Shown here: in pieces, positions 1 to 10,193 of the stretch
Numbering within the stretch: position 1 is the first letter of the stretch
Layout: each line of letters begins with the position of its first letter
Source of the DNA: Planctomycetota bacterium
Lineage (GTDB): Bacteria; Planctomycetota; UBA11346
Length of the DNA stretch: 64,000 nt
Assembly (NCBI GenBank): GCA_038231435.1
Contig: JBBRLJ010000017.1
Location: 44,676-108,675, forward strand
Direction of reading: 5' to 3'
The notes under the pieces: model-generated
The model's database searches: none
Told to the model about the DNA's origin: nothing
What the model saw: the letters and a program-made list of their open reading frames with translations, nothing else
Position numbers and translations under genes: made by a program

Positions 1-1611
1 ATCGTTTCGCGCGAGAAGGCCAAGATCGTCGAAGGCATGGGATTCGAGAAGATCCGCGTGCGTTCGCCGCTGACCTGCCAGTCGAAGTCGGGCATCTGCC
101 AGAAGTGCTACGGCATGGATCTCAGCCGTGGCCTGATGGTCGAGATGGGCGTGGCCGCCGGCATCATCGCCGCGCAGTCGATCGGCGAACCGGGCACCCA
201 GCTGACCATGCGTACTTTCCACATTGGTGGTGTCGCCGGCGTGAAGACCGAAGACACCAACTACAAGGCGCGCAAGCCTGGTACCCTGGTGTACGAGAAT
301 CTCCGGACCGTGACCAACGGCGCCGGCGACAACGTGGTGCTCAATCGCAACGGCGAGGTGATCATCAACGACACCAATGGCCGCACGATCGAACGCTTCA
401 AGGTGCCGGTGGGCTCCAAGCTCAACGTCAAGGATGGCGCGCTGCTCGAGAAGGGCACGCTGATCGCGGAATGGGAAGCGGCCAACATCCCCATCCTCTC
501 CGACGTCAGCGGCATCGTGCGCTTCGAGCACATCATCCCCGAAGTCACCATGCGCGAAGAGCGCGACCCGGCGACCGGCATCGTCAACCGCATCATCCTC
601 GAGGGTAAGGGCGACCTACACCCCCAGGTGCTGCTCGAGGACGAGAACGGCAAGCCGATCGCGCACTATCCCGTCCCCGAGAAGGCGACGCTGCGCGTCG
701 TCGAGGGTCAGAAGATCCCCGGCGGCACGCTGCTGGCCTCGACTCCGCGCGAGATCGCGGGCACGCACGACATCACCGGCGGTCTGCCGCGCGTCACCGA
801 GCTGTTCGAAGCCCGGCCGCCGAAGGATCCGGCGGTCATGGCCGAGCTCGATGGCGAAATCGACTTCGGCGAGCGCAAGCGCGGCAAGCGCACGATCGTC
901 ATCCGCGGCGAATCGGGCACCGAGGTCGAGCACTCGATCCCCCAGGGCAAGCACTACCGCGTGCACAAGGGCGACCGCGTGAAGGCCGGCGATGCGCTGG
1001 TCGACGGCGTTCTCGTTCCGAAGGATCTGCTCCGGGTCTGCGGCGAGGAAGCCCTGCAGGACTACCTGCTCGGCGAGATCCAGGCCGTGTACCGCGCCCA
1101 GAACGTGCGCATCGACGACAAGCACATCGAAACGATCATCCGCCAGATGCTGCGCAAGGTCGAGATCAACGATCCGGGCGACCTGCCCTACCTCCAGGGC
1201 CAGCTGGTCGACAAGATCCGCGTTCGCGAGGAGAACCAGCGCGCCCTGGCCGAAGGCAAGCGCGCGGGAACCTTCGAGCCGAAGCTCATGGGCATCACCC
1301 GCGCGGCCCTGCAGTCGGAATCCTTCATCTCGGCGGCCTCCTTCCAGGAGACCACCAAGGTGCTGGCCGACGCCGCCCTGGCCGGGCGTCGGGACGGTCT
1401 CCTGGGCCTCAAGGAGAACGTCATCCTGGGCCATCTGATCCCCTGCGGGACCGGATTCATCACCTACAAGGGCATCAAGATCGAGAAACTGGGCGCGCCG
1501 GTTGTCATCGAGCCCCTACCCGCTAGCATCCGCCCCCCCGTAGAAACCCGGTTCGGTGAGAAAACAGAAGTCCGGTTCGCCGACAAGGAGTCCATCAGTG
1601 CCGACCATTAA
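1..1611 (+). CDS. rpoC: DNA-directed RNA polymerase beta' subunit, 3' portion (gene starts before the window)
   Basis: Motifs [51 protein letters not shown] and [13 protein letters not shown]; the frame is open from base 1. Confidence 0.98.
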   Translation: MVSREKAKIVEGMGFEKIRVRSPLTCQSKSGICQKCYGMDLSRGLMVEMGVAAGIIAAQSIGEPGTQLTMRTFHIGGVAGVKTEDTNYKARKPGTLVYENLRTVTNGAGDNVVLNRNGEVIINDTNGRTIERFKVPVGSKLNVKDGALLEKGTLIAEWEAANIPILSDVSGIVRFEHIIPEVTMREERDPATGIVNRIILEGKGDLHPQVLLEDENGKPIAHYPVPEKATLRVVEGQKIPGGTLLASTPREIAGTHDITGGLPRVTELFEARPPKDPAVMAELDGEIDFGERKRGKRTIVIRGESGTEVEHSIPQGKHYRVHKGDRVKAGDALVDGVLVPKDLLRVCGEEALQDYLLGEIQAVYRAQNVRIDDKHIETIIRQMLRKVEINDPGDLPYLQGQLVDKIRVREENQRALAEGKRAGTFEPKLMGITRAALQSESFISAASFQETTKVLADAALAGRRDGLLGLKENVILGHLIPCGTGFITYKGIKIEKLGAPVVIEPLPASIRPPVETRFGEKTEVRFADKESISADH

Positions 1612-1978
1612 TCAGCTGATCCGCAAGGGCCGCCAGGCCGCGAAGAACAAGACCAAGAGCCCCCAGCTCGAGAAGAACCCGTTCAAGCGCGGCGTGTGCC
1701 TGCAGGTCAAGACCATGACCCCGAAGAAGCCGAATTCGGCGCTGCGCAAGATCGCACGCGTGCGGCTCTCGAACGGCAAGGAGATCACCGCGTACATCGG
1801 TGGCGAGAAGCACAACCTGCAGGAGCATTCGCTCGTGCTGGTGCGCGGCGGTCGCGTCCACGATCTGCCCGGCGTTCGCTACCACATCATCCGCGGCAAG
1901 CTCGACTGCCAGGGCGTCCAGGGACGCATGCAGAGCCGCAGCTGCTACGGCGCCAAGCGTCCGAAGAAGAAGGCCTAA
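1598..1978 (+). CDS. rpsL: 30S ribosomal protein S12
   Basis: GTG start at 1598 after AAGGAG; (M)PTINQLIRK...[11 protein letters not shown]...[20 protein letters not shown]. Confidence 0.98.
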   Translation: MPTINQLIRKGRQAAKNKTKSPQLEKNPFKRGVCLQVKTMTPKKPNSALRKIARVRLSNGKEITAYIGGEKHNLQEHSLVLVRGGRVHDLPGVRYHIIRGKLDCQGVQGRMQSRSCYGAKRPKKKA

Positions 1979-2021
1979 AGTTGGGGGCTTCTGCCCCCGA
2001 CATCGCGCTCCGCGCTGCCCC
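1979..2021 (+). repeat. Double-hairpin intergenic repeat, family B, copy 1
   Basis: GTTGGGGGC-TTCT-GCCCCCGAC then ATC-GCGC-TCC-GCGC-TGCCCC; related copies at 17134, 24262 and 35697. Confidence 0.7.
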
Positions 2022-2148
2022 GCAGGCAGCAAGGGATGCTGGGTTTAGACATCAGAGATTTTCCGTCATCTTCCACTTACCACATCCCAGCGGCACTGCC
2101 GCAGTACCTCCGGTCATCTGACCGGGACCAGGGAACGAAGGATAGAAC

Positions 2149-2787
<639 letters not shown>

Positions 2788-2812
2788 TCTGCCTCCATCC
2801 GTAAAGGATGCG

Positions 2813-2843
2813 AAAGACCCCGGCTTTTGGCCGGGGTTTTTTT
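2813..2843 (+). terminator. Intrinsic terminator after rpsG, possibly bidirectional
   Basis: AAAGACCCCGGC-TTTTG-GCCGGGGTTTT followed by a T-run; lies between convergent genes. Confidence 0.85.
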
Positions 2844-2907
2844 ATTGGTTGGCCGCCTGGCGCGCCGAGGCATGAGAACCTGGAAGCTGAAGCGTTGAAG
2901 ATGTTCC

Positions 2908-3603
2908 CTATCGCCACTCCGAACTCTTCCACCGCACCGCGTTCCTCCAATCACCATTCCCCGGCGTGGCCCTCTTCCCCAATCCATGGCCATCGCAGAA
3001 GAGGATGTTCACCCTTCCCCGATGCCGGGAATCATCGACGCCTGAATACACCGCGTGACCCCACTGGCCCATCCCGGTCTCCTTGGCGATCGCGTCGATG
3101 AAGAGCACGAGCTCTGATTGATCGCTCGCAGAGCCCAGGCAGTAATGCCGCGGCCGTCCATCGGCATCGAGATAGCTGTTCATCTTGAAACTCTTCGGCA
3201 TGGCGTTGGTGAAGACCTCGGCTGGATGGCCATGGAAGCCCGCGCATTGGAAGATGCCGGTGCGGGCGCCGGATCGCTCGGAGTCGATGTAGGGCGGTAG
3301 CCGGCAGAACCATGCCGGGCTGCGCTGCGGGTCGTCGACGCCGAAGTTGGCCTCGGCGGGTAGACACTCGTTCCATTCCTCGGCATAGGTAAGCGCGGCC
3401 ATGCCTACCTGGCGCAGATTGCCCATGCAGCAGGTGGCGATGGCGTAGCGCTGGATGGGAGCGAGCGCCGAGCCCAGGAGGGAGCCCAACAGGGCCAAGA
3501 CCACCAAGACCACCAACAGCTCAATGAGCGTAAACGCCGTCCGACCGGTGGGTCCGGGGTACGACGAGCTAGCACACGAGCAATAACGCATCGAATGATT
3601 CAT
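2908..3603 (-). CDS. Prepilin-type N-terminal cleavage/methylation protein with H-X9-DG motif (DUF1559-like)
   Basis: AFTLIELLVVLVVLALL, CMGNLRQVGMA and C-terminal HRGRVNILFCDGH; start may be 3591 instead. Confidence 0.88.
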   Translation of the reverse strand: MNHSMRYCSCASSSYPGPTGRTAFTLIELLVVLVVLALLGSLLGSALAPIQRYAIATCCMGNLRQVGMAALTYAEEWNECLPAEANFGVDDPQRSPAWFCRLPPYIDSERSGARTGIFQCAGFHGHPAEVFTNAMPKSFKMNSYLDADGRPRHYCLGSASDQSELVLFIDAIAKETGMGQWGHAVYSGVDDSRHRGRVNILFCDGHGLGKRATPGNGDWRNAVRWKSSEWR

Positions 3604-3662
3604 TCGATGCGAGATGTAATGAACGATTCAACCGTTACAAGTGAACCTTCATAGGTTCACTT
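3587..3662. promoter_or_regulatory. Two perfect palindromes over the start and upstream region of the prepilin gene
   Basis: CGCATCGAATGA-T-TCATTCGATGCG (3587-3611) and AAGTGAACCT-TCAT-AGGTTCACTT (3639-3662) in an AT-richer patch; function is inferred. Confidence 0.45.
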
Positions 3663-3679
3663 AGACCCATGGGCAGGGA

Positions 3680-6154
3680 TCAGGACACCGCTCGTTCGAG
3701 ACCGGAACTGGGTCCGCTGCTGGACCTGGATCCCCGCCTTACCGAGTCTCCGGCCCGCCGTGGTGACGCGGATGGGGCCGTGGGGATCGTGAAGGTGAAG
3801 GTCGCTCCAGCGCCGGAGGTCGATTCCACCCAGATGCGTCCGCCGTGGCGGTCGACGATCTTGCGGCAGATGGCGAGCCCGATGCCCGTGCCGGGATACT
3901 CCTCGCGCGTGTGCAGGCGCTGGAACACCTCGAAGATCCGCTGCGATTGCGCCGGATCGATGCCGATGCCGTTGTCGCGCACCGAGAACTGCCAGGCGTC
4001 TCCCACCCGGGCGGCGCCGACCTCGACACGCGGCGTGACGCCGCCCCGGAACTTGAGCGCATTGCTGATCAGGTTCTGGAACAGCTGCATGAGCTGCATG
4101 CGGTCGAAGGCCACCCGCGGCAATGTCCCGCGGACGATGGCGGCTCCGGACTCGTCGATGCTGCGCTTGAGGTTCGCCAGCGCCTCGTCGAGCACGGAAT
4201 CGGCATCGATCTCCTCGATCGAGTGGCCGGTGTCGCGTCCGGCTCGCGAGAACATCAGCAGATCCTTGATCAGCTCCTGCATGCGCTTGGCTCCACCGTA
4301 GACCTGCGCCATGTATTCCGCGGCCGTGCCCTCGAAGCGATCTGGGTAGCGGCGGCGCAGCAGGTCGACGTAGTTGGTGATCATGCGCAGGGGTTCCTGC
4401 AGATCGTGCGATGCCACGTAGGCGAACTGCTCGAGCTCGGAATTCGAGCGGCTCAGCTCCGCCGCGTGCTCGGACAGCGCTGCCGAAGCCCGTTCCACCT
4501 CGGCGCGGGCGCGCTTCTCGGCTTCGACCAGGTCGCTGGTCTCGCGGAACAGGCGGGCGTGATCTATGGCCGAGCCCGATCGCCGAGCGACGTCCTCGGC
4601 GACCGACAGATCGGCCTGGTCGTAGCGCCGTGCGGTGGTGGACGGCCCGGCGGTGAGGAAGCTGAGCGCACCGAGCACGCGCCCGCGCGACAGCAGCGGA
4701 ACCACGATCAGCGACCTCAGCCCCAGGCCGCGCAGGGTGGCAAGGTGGGCCTCGTCCCGAGCCGCGCTCACCAGCCTGGCGTCGGGAATCTCGCTCAAGA
4801 GCAGCGGCTCGCCAGAGGCGATGACCGAGGCGGGCGGTTCGTCCGGCTTCTGTGGGAAGTGACGTTCGAGCTTGCGGGCAAGTTCGAGGCCGGCGGGGCC
4901 GATGGTGGCCACCGCAAGCCGCTCGAGCGATCCGTCCGGCCGGACCACGTCGACGGCGGACCAGTCGGCGAAGCCCGGGACGGCCAGCGACGCGACGTTG
5001 GCGAGGGTGCGTTCGTACTCCAGCGACGTGCCGAGCACCGAGCTCGCGTCGGCGACGAAGCGCAGGCGCTCCTCGCCGCGCTTGAGTGCGTGCTCCGAGA
5101 CGCGCAAGCCGGCGGCCGCATCCTCGGCGCGCTCGCGCGCCCTCGCCAGAAACCAGGAAGCGAGGAACAGCAAGGCGCTGGACATGATCCCGCCGAGCAG
5201 GACCAACGCCACCAGGCCACGGCTGGCCAGCATCTCTGGACGCGATTGGAAGTGGATGGCCCAGCGATGGCCGCAGATCTCGAATGCCTGGATCGACTCG
5301 TATGCCGGCGCAGCGGATGGTGCGTGATCGGTCGTGGCGGCGGATGATATGGAGGAGTCGTACATCAGCGCAGGCGCCGAGACGCGTTCGCCATCATAGA
5401 TCTGGAAGTCGATCGGCGTGTCCAGGCCCTTGAGGATATTTGAGATGAGATCGCTGCTGCGGAACGGGGCGGTGACGAAACCGACGAGAGCTTTGCGGCG
5501 GTCATCGATGGTAGTCGGGATGTCGCCGCCGCGATACAGCGGCAGGAAGATGATGAATCCCGTCTGCTTGCCGGGGGTGGCATCCTGGATCAGGACGACC
5601 TTACCCGACGCCACGGGGGTGGCCCGGTCGCGAGCCGATTCCAGGGCGTCGCGCCGCACCGGCTCCGACGACAGGTCGAAGCCGATAGCGCGCGCATTGC
5701 CCCGATCCGTGGGTTCGACGTACGCCACGGGGAACCGTTCGTGCGATGCGCCTTCGGGGAAGATCACGAACGACGGCGACTCGCGGCGCAGACGTTCGAC
5801 GAAGGACTGCTCATTCGCCGGCCCAAGCGCTGGCACGTAGCAGATCGCCTGCATGCCGGGATAACGCTGGCGCAGATCGAGCCGAGCTACGAAGGCCGCG
5901 AACTGCGCGCGCGTGGTAAGCGGATCCGCTGAGAACAACCCGGCCGTCCCGCGCAGCAGCGCGACATAGGTGTCCACCTGGTGATCGAGGGTCGACTCGA
6001 TCTGATCGACGGATTTGCGGAAGCGGATCGCATCGCGGGCGTGCAGTTCGCGCAGGGCGATGCTCGCGCCGAATGCGGTCAGCCCCAGCGATACCAGCAG
6101 GATCAGCAACGGGATCTGCTTCCACCGGAGCGGATTGAGGCGTCGGCGTGGCAT
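3680..6154 (-). CDS. Membrane sensor histidine kinase (CHASE-GAF-HisKA-HATPase)
   Basis: Two TM helices flank a CHASE-like region (AIGFDLSSEPVRRDALESARD); GAF region; H-box FAYVASHDLQEPLR, N-box FQNLISNALKF, G-boxes DNGIGI and GTGIGLAIC. Confidence 0.92.
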   Translation of the reverse strand: MPRRRLNPLRWKQIPLLILLVSLGLTAFGASIALRELHARDAIRFRKSVDQIESTLDHQVDTYVALLRGTAGLFSADPLTTRAQFAAFVARLDLRQRYPGMQAICYVPALGPANEQSFVERLRRESPSFVIFPEGASHERFPVAYVEPTDRGNARAIGFDLSSEPVRRDALESARDRATPVASGKVVLIQDATPGKQTGFIIFLPLYRGGDIPTTIDDRRKALVGFVTAPFRSSDLISNILKGLDTPIDFQIYDGERVSAPALMYDSSISSAATTDHAPSAAPAYESIQAFEICGHRWAIHFQSRPEMLASRGLVALVLLGGIMSSALLFLASWFLARARERAEDAAAGLRVSEHALKRGEERLRFVADASSVLGTSLEYERTLANVASLAVPGFADWSAVDVVRPDGSLERLAVATIGPAGLELARKLERHFPQKPDEPPASVIASGEPLLLSEIPDARLVSAARDEAHLATLRGLGLRSLIVVPLLSRGRVLGALSFLTAGPSTTARRYDQADLSVAEDVARRSGSAIDHARLFRETSDLVEAEKRARAEVERASAALSEHAAELSRSNSELEQFAYVASHDLQEPLRMITNYVDLLRRRYPDRFEGTAAEYMAQVYGGAKRMQELIKDLLMFSRAGRDTGHSIEEIDADSVLDEALANLKRSIDESGAAIVRGTLPRVAFDRMQLMQLFQNLISNALKFRGGVTPRVEVGAARVGDAWQFSVRDNGIGIDPAQSQRIFEVFQRLHTREEYPGTGIGLAICRKIVDRHGGRIWVESTSGAGATFTFTIPTAPSASPRRAGDSVRRGSRSSSGPSSGLERAVS

Positions 6155-6276
6155 CGACCCGCAACTCTCGTCGGGGAGGGGGCTTGCCCTAGCATGAAGC
6201 GTTCAGGGTTACTCGCAGAGCTCCCACCTGGCAGCGCCATCCGCGAGGGGATGACGCATGGAGGCGCTGATGCTGG

Positions 6277-6834
6277 CTACTTGCCCTCGGCCGGCGGCTT
6301 GGACACCACCACCTGCGCTGTGCGCACCAGCTGGTCCTTGAGCCGGAAGCCCTTGCGATGCACCTGGGTGATGTGGCCGCGGGGCAGATCCGCGCGCTCC
6401 TCCTCGGCGATCGCCTCGTGCAGCGCCGGGTCGAAGGCGCCCTCGGCGGGAATCGGCTCGATGCCGGCGTTGGCCAGGGCGGCGAGGAGGTTCTCGCGGA
6501 TCATGCTCACGCCCTGCGCGAACTCGCTGAAGGACTCCGGCTTCGCGGCCGTCAAGGCGCGCTCCAGATTGTCGAGCTGATCGAGGATCGGCTTCACGAA
6601 TCGTACCACCGCGCGCGTTCCAGCCTCGTCGGCCTCCTTGCGCAGGCGTTTGCGGACATTGTCGAATTCGGCCTGCCCACGGACGCAGCGCTCCTTCCAT
6701 TCCCCGACCTCGCGGCGCAGGGCCTCGAATTCGTTGGCCGGCACGGTGACGGTCTCGCCCTCGGCGCGCGGGCCATCGGCTTCGGCGCCGGCGGAATCGT
6801 CCTCGCTGGCATCGTCGATCTGGTCGGTGGTCAT
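6277..6834 (-). CDS. grpE: Nucleotide exchange factor GrpE
   Basis: RGQAEFDNVRKR, LDNLERAL, FDPALHEAI, KGFRLKDQLVRTAQVVVSK. Confidence 0.95.
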   Translation of the reverse strand: MTTDQIDDASEDDSAGAEADGPRAEGETVTVPANEFEALRREVGEWKERCVRGQAEFDNVRKRLRKEADEAGTRAVVRFVKPILDQLDNLERALTAAKPESFSEFAQGVSMIRENLLAALANAGIEPIPAEGAFDPALHEAIAEEERADLPRGHITQVHRKGFRLKDQLVRTAQVVVSKPPAEGK

Positions 6835-6902
6835 GTGCGGCTCTCGTTCTCGTTCGGCGTACTGCGGTCCGCGGTCGGTGCGGAGGGCGGATGAAGGCGG
6901 GC

Positions 6903-8030
6903 CTATTTTTCGCTGAACATGCTCTTGATGCGCTCGAAGAAATTACGCTGTTCCCCGCTCGCTTCCTCGATCTCCCCGAGCTCCTTCAACAGCTCCTGCT
7001 GGCGGCCGTTGGTGCGCTTCGGTACCTTGACCTCGACCACCACCAGCTGATCGCCGCGATGCGAGCCGCGGCCGGTGGGGATGCCCTGGCCGCGCATGCG
7101 CAGCACCTCGTTCGGCTGGGTCCCGGCGGCGATCTTGAGTTTCGCCGAGCCGTCGAGCGTGGGCACGTCGATCTCGGCGCCGAGCGCCGCCTGCGCGTAG
7201 CTGATCGGCACCTTGCACACCACGTCGTTCTCGTGGCGCTCGAAGAAGGCGTCGGCCTTGACGGTGACGTAAACGTAGAGATCGCCGCGGGCGCCGCTCT
7301 GGCGACCGGGCTCGCCTTCGCCCGCGACGCGCAGCCGCGAGCCGTCCTCGATGCCGGCGGGGATACGCACCTTGATGGTGACCTTCTTGGGCACGCCGCC
7401 GGCGCCGCGGCAAGTCGGGCACGGATCGGCGATGGTCTTACCGGCGCCATGGCACTGCGGACAGGTGGTCTGCACCACGAAGAAACCCTGCCCCTGGCGG
7501 ACGATGCCGGCGCCGCCGCAGAGGCGGCACGATACCGGCTTGGTTCCTGCCTTGGCGCCGCTGCCGGCGCAGGTCTCGCAATGCTCGTTGCGTTTCAGGT
7601 CGATGGTCTTGGTCGAGCCGAAAACAGCCTCGCGGAAACCGATCTCGAGCCCGAGCTTGAGGCTCGCGCCCTGGTTGCGATCGCCGCGACCGCCCCCGTT
7701 GCCGCCGAAGAACTGGTCGAAGATCGAGCCGCCGCCGAAGACGTCGCCGAAGGCGGCGAAGATGTCCTCCATGGAATTGAAGCCCTGGCCGGCATGCCCC
7801 ATGCCCTCGACGCCGGCATGGCCGTACTGGTCGTAGCGGCCGCGCTTCTGCTCGTCGGAGAGGACCTCGTAGGCCTCGGCGGCTTCCTTGAACTTGGTCT
7901 CGGCGTCTTTGTTACCGGGATTGCGGTCCGGGTGGTGCTTCATCGCCAGCTTGCGATAGGCCTTCTTGATATCGTCCTCGCTGGCCCCTTTGGCCAATCC
8001 GAGCACTTCGTAATAGTCGCGTTTGGCCAT
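6903..8030 (-). CDS. dnaJ: Molecular chaperone DnaJ
   Basis: [14 protein letters not shown] motif, G/F region and four CxxCxGxG repeats. Confidence 0.97.
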   Translation of the reverse strand: MAKRDYYEVLGLAKGASEDDIKKAYRKLAMKHHPDRNPGNKDAETKFKEAAEAYEVLSDEQKRGRYDQYGHAGVEGMGHAGQGFNSMEDIFAAFGDVFGGGSIFDQFFGGNGGGRGDRNQGASLKLGLEIGFREAVFGSTKTIDLKRNEHCETCAGSGAKAGTKPVSCRLCGGAGIVRQGQGFFVVQTTCPQCHGAGKTIADPCPTCRGAGGVPKKVTIKVRIPAGIEDGSRLRVAGEGEPGRQSGARGDLYVYVTVKADAFFERHENDVVCKVPISYAQAALGAEIDVPTLDGSAKLKIAAGTQPNEVLRMRGQGIPTGRGSHRGDQLVVVEVKVPKRTNGRQQELLKELGEIEEASGEQRNFFERIKSMFSEK

Positions 8031-8115
8031 CGCAGAACCCATCGTAGTCAGAAAGACCCGGAATCAGCGGGAAAGCACATACCGGGCCATGCCAGAGCAC
8101 AAACTAGAGACATAG

Positions 8116-8706
8116 CTACCGCTCGAGGATCTCCGCTGGAGCCGTTGCAGGGGGGGCCTCGGACCGGGGCGCGATGGCCTGACCGGTGGCGTGGGAGGGA
8201 TCGGTCCTGGTCTCGTCCAAGGGATTGTAGACATCCTGGGCCAAGAGCGCCGTCGACAGCGCCGTGAGCTGGGCGGAGGCTTTGCGGTAGCGCTCGCCGA
8301 GCTTCGCGCGCTGGTCGACGGGCACGCCCAGGAGCTTCTTGCCGGCGTCCAGGTAGCGCTCGCCCGCCTTCATCGCATCGCCCTGGTCGAGCAGGGTCTT
8401 GGTTTCGAGCAGTAGGAGTTCGGCGTCGGCCAGGGCGGTGAGCGCATCGGCGGAGGCGGGAACCTTGTTGGCCTCTTCGTGATCGAGGTATTCCTGGGCG
8501 GCTTTCTCGGCCCGGCGCGCGGTGGCGGCGTCCAAGGGCATGGTCGGAGGGGCTCCGGCGGGGGCCACGGGTTGCGTACTCCTGGGCGCGGCCGGCGTCA
8601 CCGACGGGCCACCCGAGGGCGCCGCGCCCTCGGCAGCTGACAGGGACGCTTCGGGGACCGATGCCGCCATGAGGGCGATGAGGGCGATGGCGGCGATCAG
8701 GCGCAT
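8116..8706 (-). CDS. Hypothetical secreted alpha-helical protein
   Basis: Signal-like MRLIAAIALIALMAAS, Pro/Ala linker, helical domain; co-oriented between hisF and dnaJ. Confidence 0.65.
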   Translation of the reverse strand: MRLIAAIALIALMAASVPEASLSAAEGAAPSGGPSVTPAAPRSTQPVAPAGAPPTMPLDAATARRAEKAAQEYLDHEEANKVPASADALTALADAELLLLETKTLLDQGDAMKAGERYLDAGKKLLGVPVDQRAKLGERYRKASAQLTALSTALLAQDVYNPLDETRTDPSHATGQAIAPRSEAPPATAPAEILER

Positions 8707-8768
8707 GCCCACATCAAAGCCATCCCCTGGCCCAAGCAAGCCGGCTCCAGCTGACGGCCGCTCCACCG

Positions 8769-9539
8769 CTAACGTACCGCCACGCCTGCCGCGCGCATCT
8801 CGGCCTTGATCGCGCCGATCGTGTAGTCGCCATAGTGCACCATGCTCGCCACCAGCGCCGCGTCGGCGCCGCCGGTCGAGACCGCGTCGACGAGATGCCG
8901 CGGCAGCCCGCCTCCGCCCGAGGCGATCACCGGGATGCGCACCGCGTCGGCCACCAGCCGGGTGAGCGTCAGCTCGTAGCCCTGGCGCACGCCGTCGGTG
9001 TCGATCGCGTTCAGGCAGATCTCGCCGGCGCCCAGGGACTCGGCCTCGCGCGCCCAGGCGATCGCGTCGCGGCCGGTGGGCGTGCGGCCGCCGTCGATCA
9101 CCACCTCGTAGCCGCTGGGGACGGCCGAAGATGGCGCGACCTTCTTCGCGTCCATGCCCAGCACCACGCACTGCGCGCCGAAGGCGCGCGCGCCCGCGGT
9201 AATGAGCGCAGGATCGCGCACCGCCGGCGAATTGACGCTGACCTTCTCGGCTCCGGCGAGCAGCACCTCGCGCATCGCCTCGACCGAGCGGATGCCGCCG
9301 CCGACCGCGAAGGGGATGAAGATCGCCTCGGCCACGCGGCGCACCACGTCGATGAACACCCCGCGCTTCTCGGCTGAGGCGGTGATGTCGTAGAACACCA
9401 ACTCGTCCGCGCCCTGTTCGTAGTACCGCCGCGCGTAGTCGACCGGATCGCCGAGATCCTGGTTGCCTGTGAACTTCACGCCCTTGGTCACCTGCCCATT
9501 GCGGACATCGAGGCAGACGATGACGCGCTTGGTGAGCAT
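8769..9539 (-). CDS. hisF: Imidazole glycerol phosphate synthase cyclase subunit
   Basis: [56 protein letters not shown]. Confidence 0.96.
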   Translation of the reverse strand: MLTKRVIVCLDVRNGQVTKGVKFTGNQDLGDPVDYARRYYEQGADELVFYDITASAEKRGVFIDVVRRVAEAIFIPFAVGGGIRSVEAMREVLLAGAEKVSVNSPAVRDPALITAGARAFGAQCVVLGMDAKKVAPSSAVPSGYEVVIDGGRTPTGRDAIAWAREAESLGAGEICLNAIDTDGVRQGYELTLTRLVADAVRIPVIASGGGGLPRHLVDAVSTGGADAALVASMVHYGDYTIGAIKAEMRAAGVAVR

Positions 9540-9770
9540 GGAGACGACAGCTTGGCTCGGGCGCAGGGGGAGCAAGAAGCGGGGAGAATGGGGAAGGGGG
9601 AAGAGCGATGCTCGAAGGAAGAAGCTCGAAGCTGGAAGAGGAAGAGGGGGCGAAGGTCGCGCGCTACACCACGGCGGATGCCGATGATCGGGATCACCGC
9701 TCCACGTCGATCGTCCCCCTTCGCCATTCTCCCTTCTCCATGCCAGGCGTACTCCGACACTGCGACACCC

Positions 9771-10157
9771 ATGGGCACCAAGAGCCACTCCCGCGCCCCG
9801 AAGGCCTTCCGCCATCGCACCCTGGTCGCCGCCGAGGCGGTGCTGCTGGTGGGCGTCGCCCAGCAGCTCTTGTCGCAGCAGGTCGCCAACGCGGCGGTCC
9901 CCAATGTCGCGAAGATCCTCTTCACCATGATCGGTGTGCTCGGCGTGCTCGGCGGCATGGTGCTGCTCGCGCGCGCGTTCGCGATCAAAGGTGTCGCGCA
10001 GACCCACAACGTGATCAAGGCGCTGCCGATTCCCGCCGCCACCTGGCTGCTGCACCTCGCCGCCTTCGCCGGGCTGTTCCTGCTCTACGCCATCGTCTGG
10101 CAGCTGCCCGTCCAGGTACCGATCCTCGGCACCGTCGGCACCGCACCCTCGCACTGA
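9771..10157 (+). CDS. Hypothetical small membrane protein (about 3 TM)
   Basis: ATG at 9771, hydrophobic segments and coding-like codon usage. Confidence 0.6.
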   Translation: MGTKSHSRAPKAFRHRTLVAAEAVLLVGVAQQLLSQQVANAAVPNVAKILFTMIGVLGVLGGMVLLARAFAIKGVAQTHNVIKALPIPAATWLLHLAAFAGLFLLYAIVWQLPVQVPILGTVGTAPSH

Positions 10158-10193
10158 GGGCAGTCCGCTGATTCCTCGGCTGGGGATCCGGCG

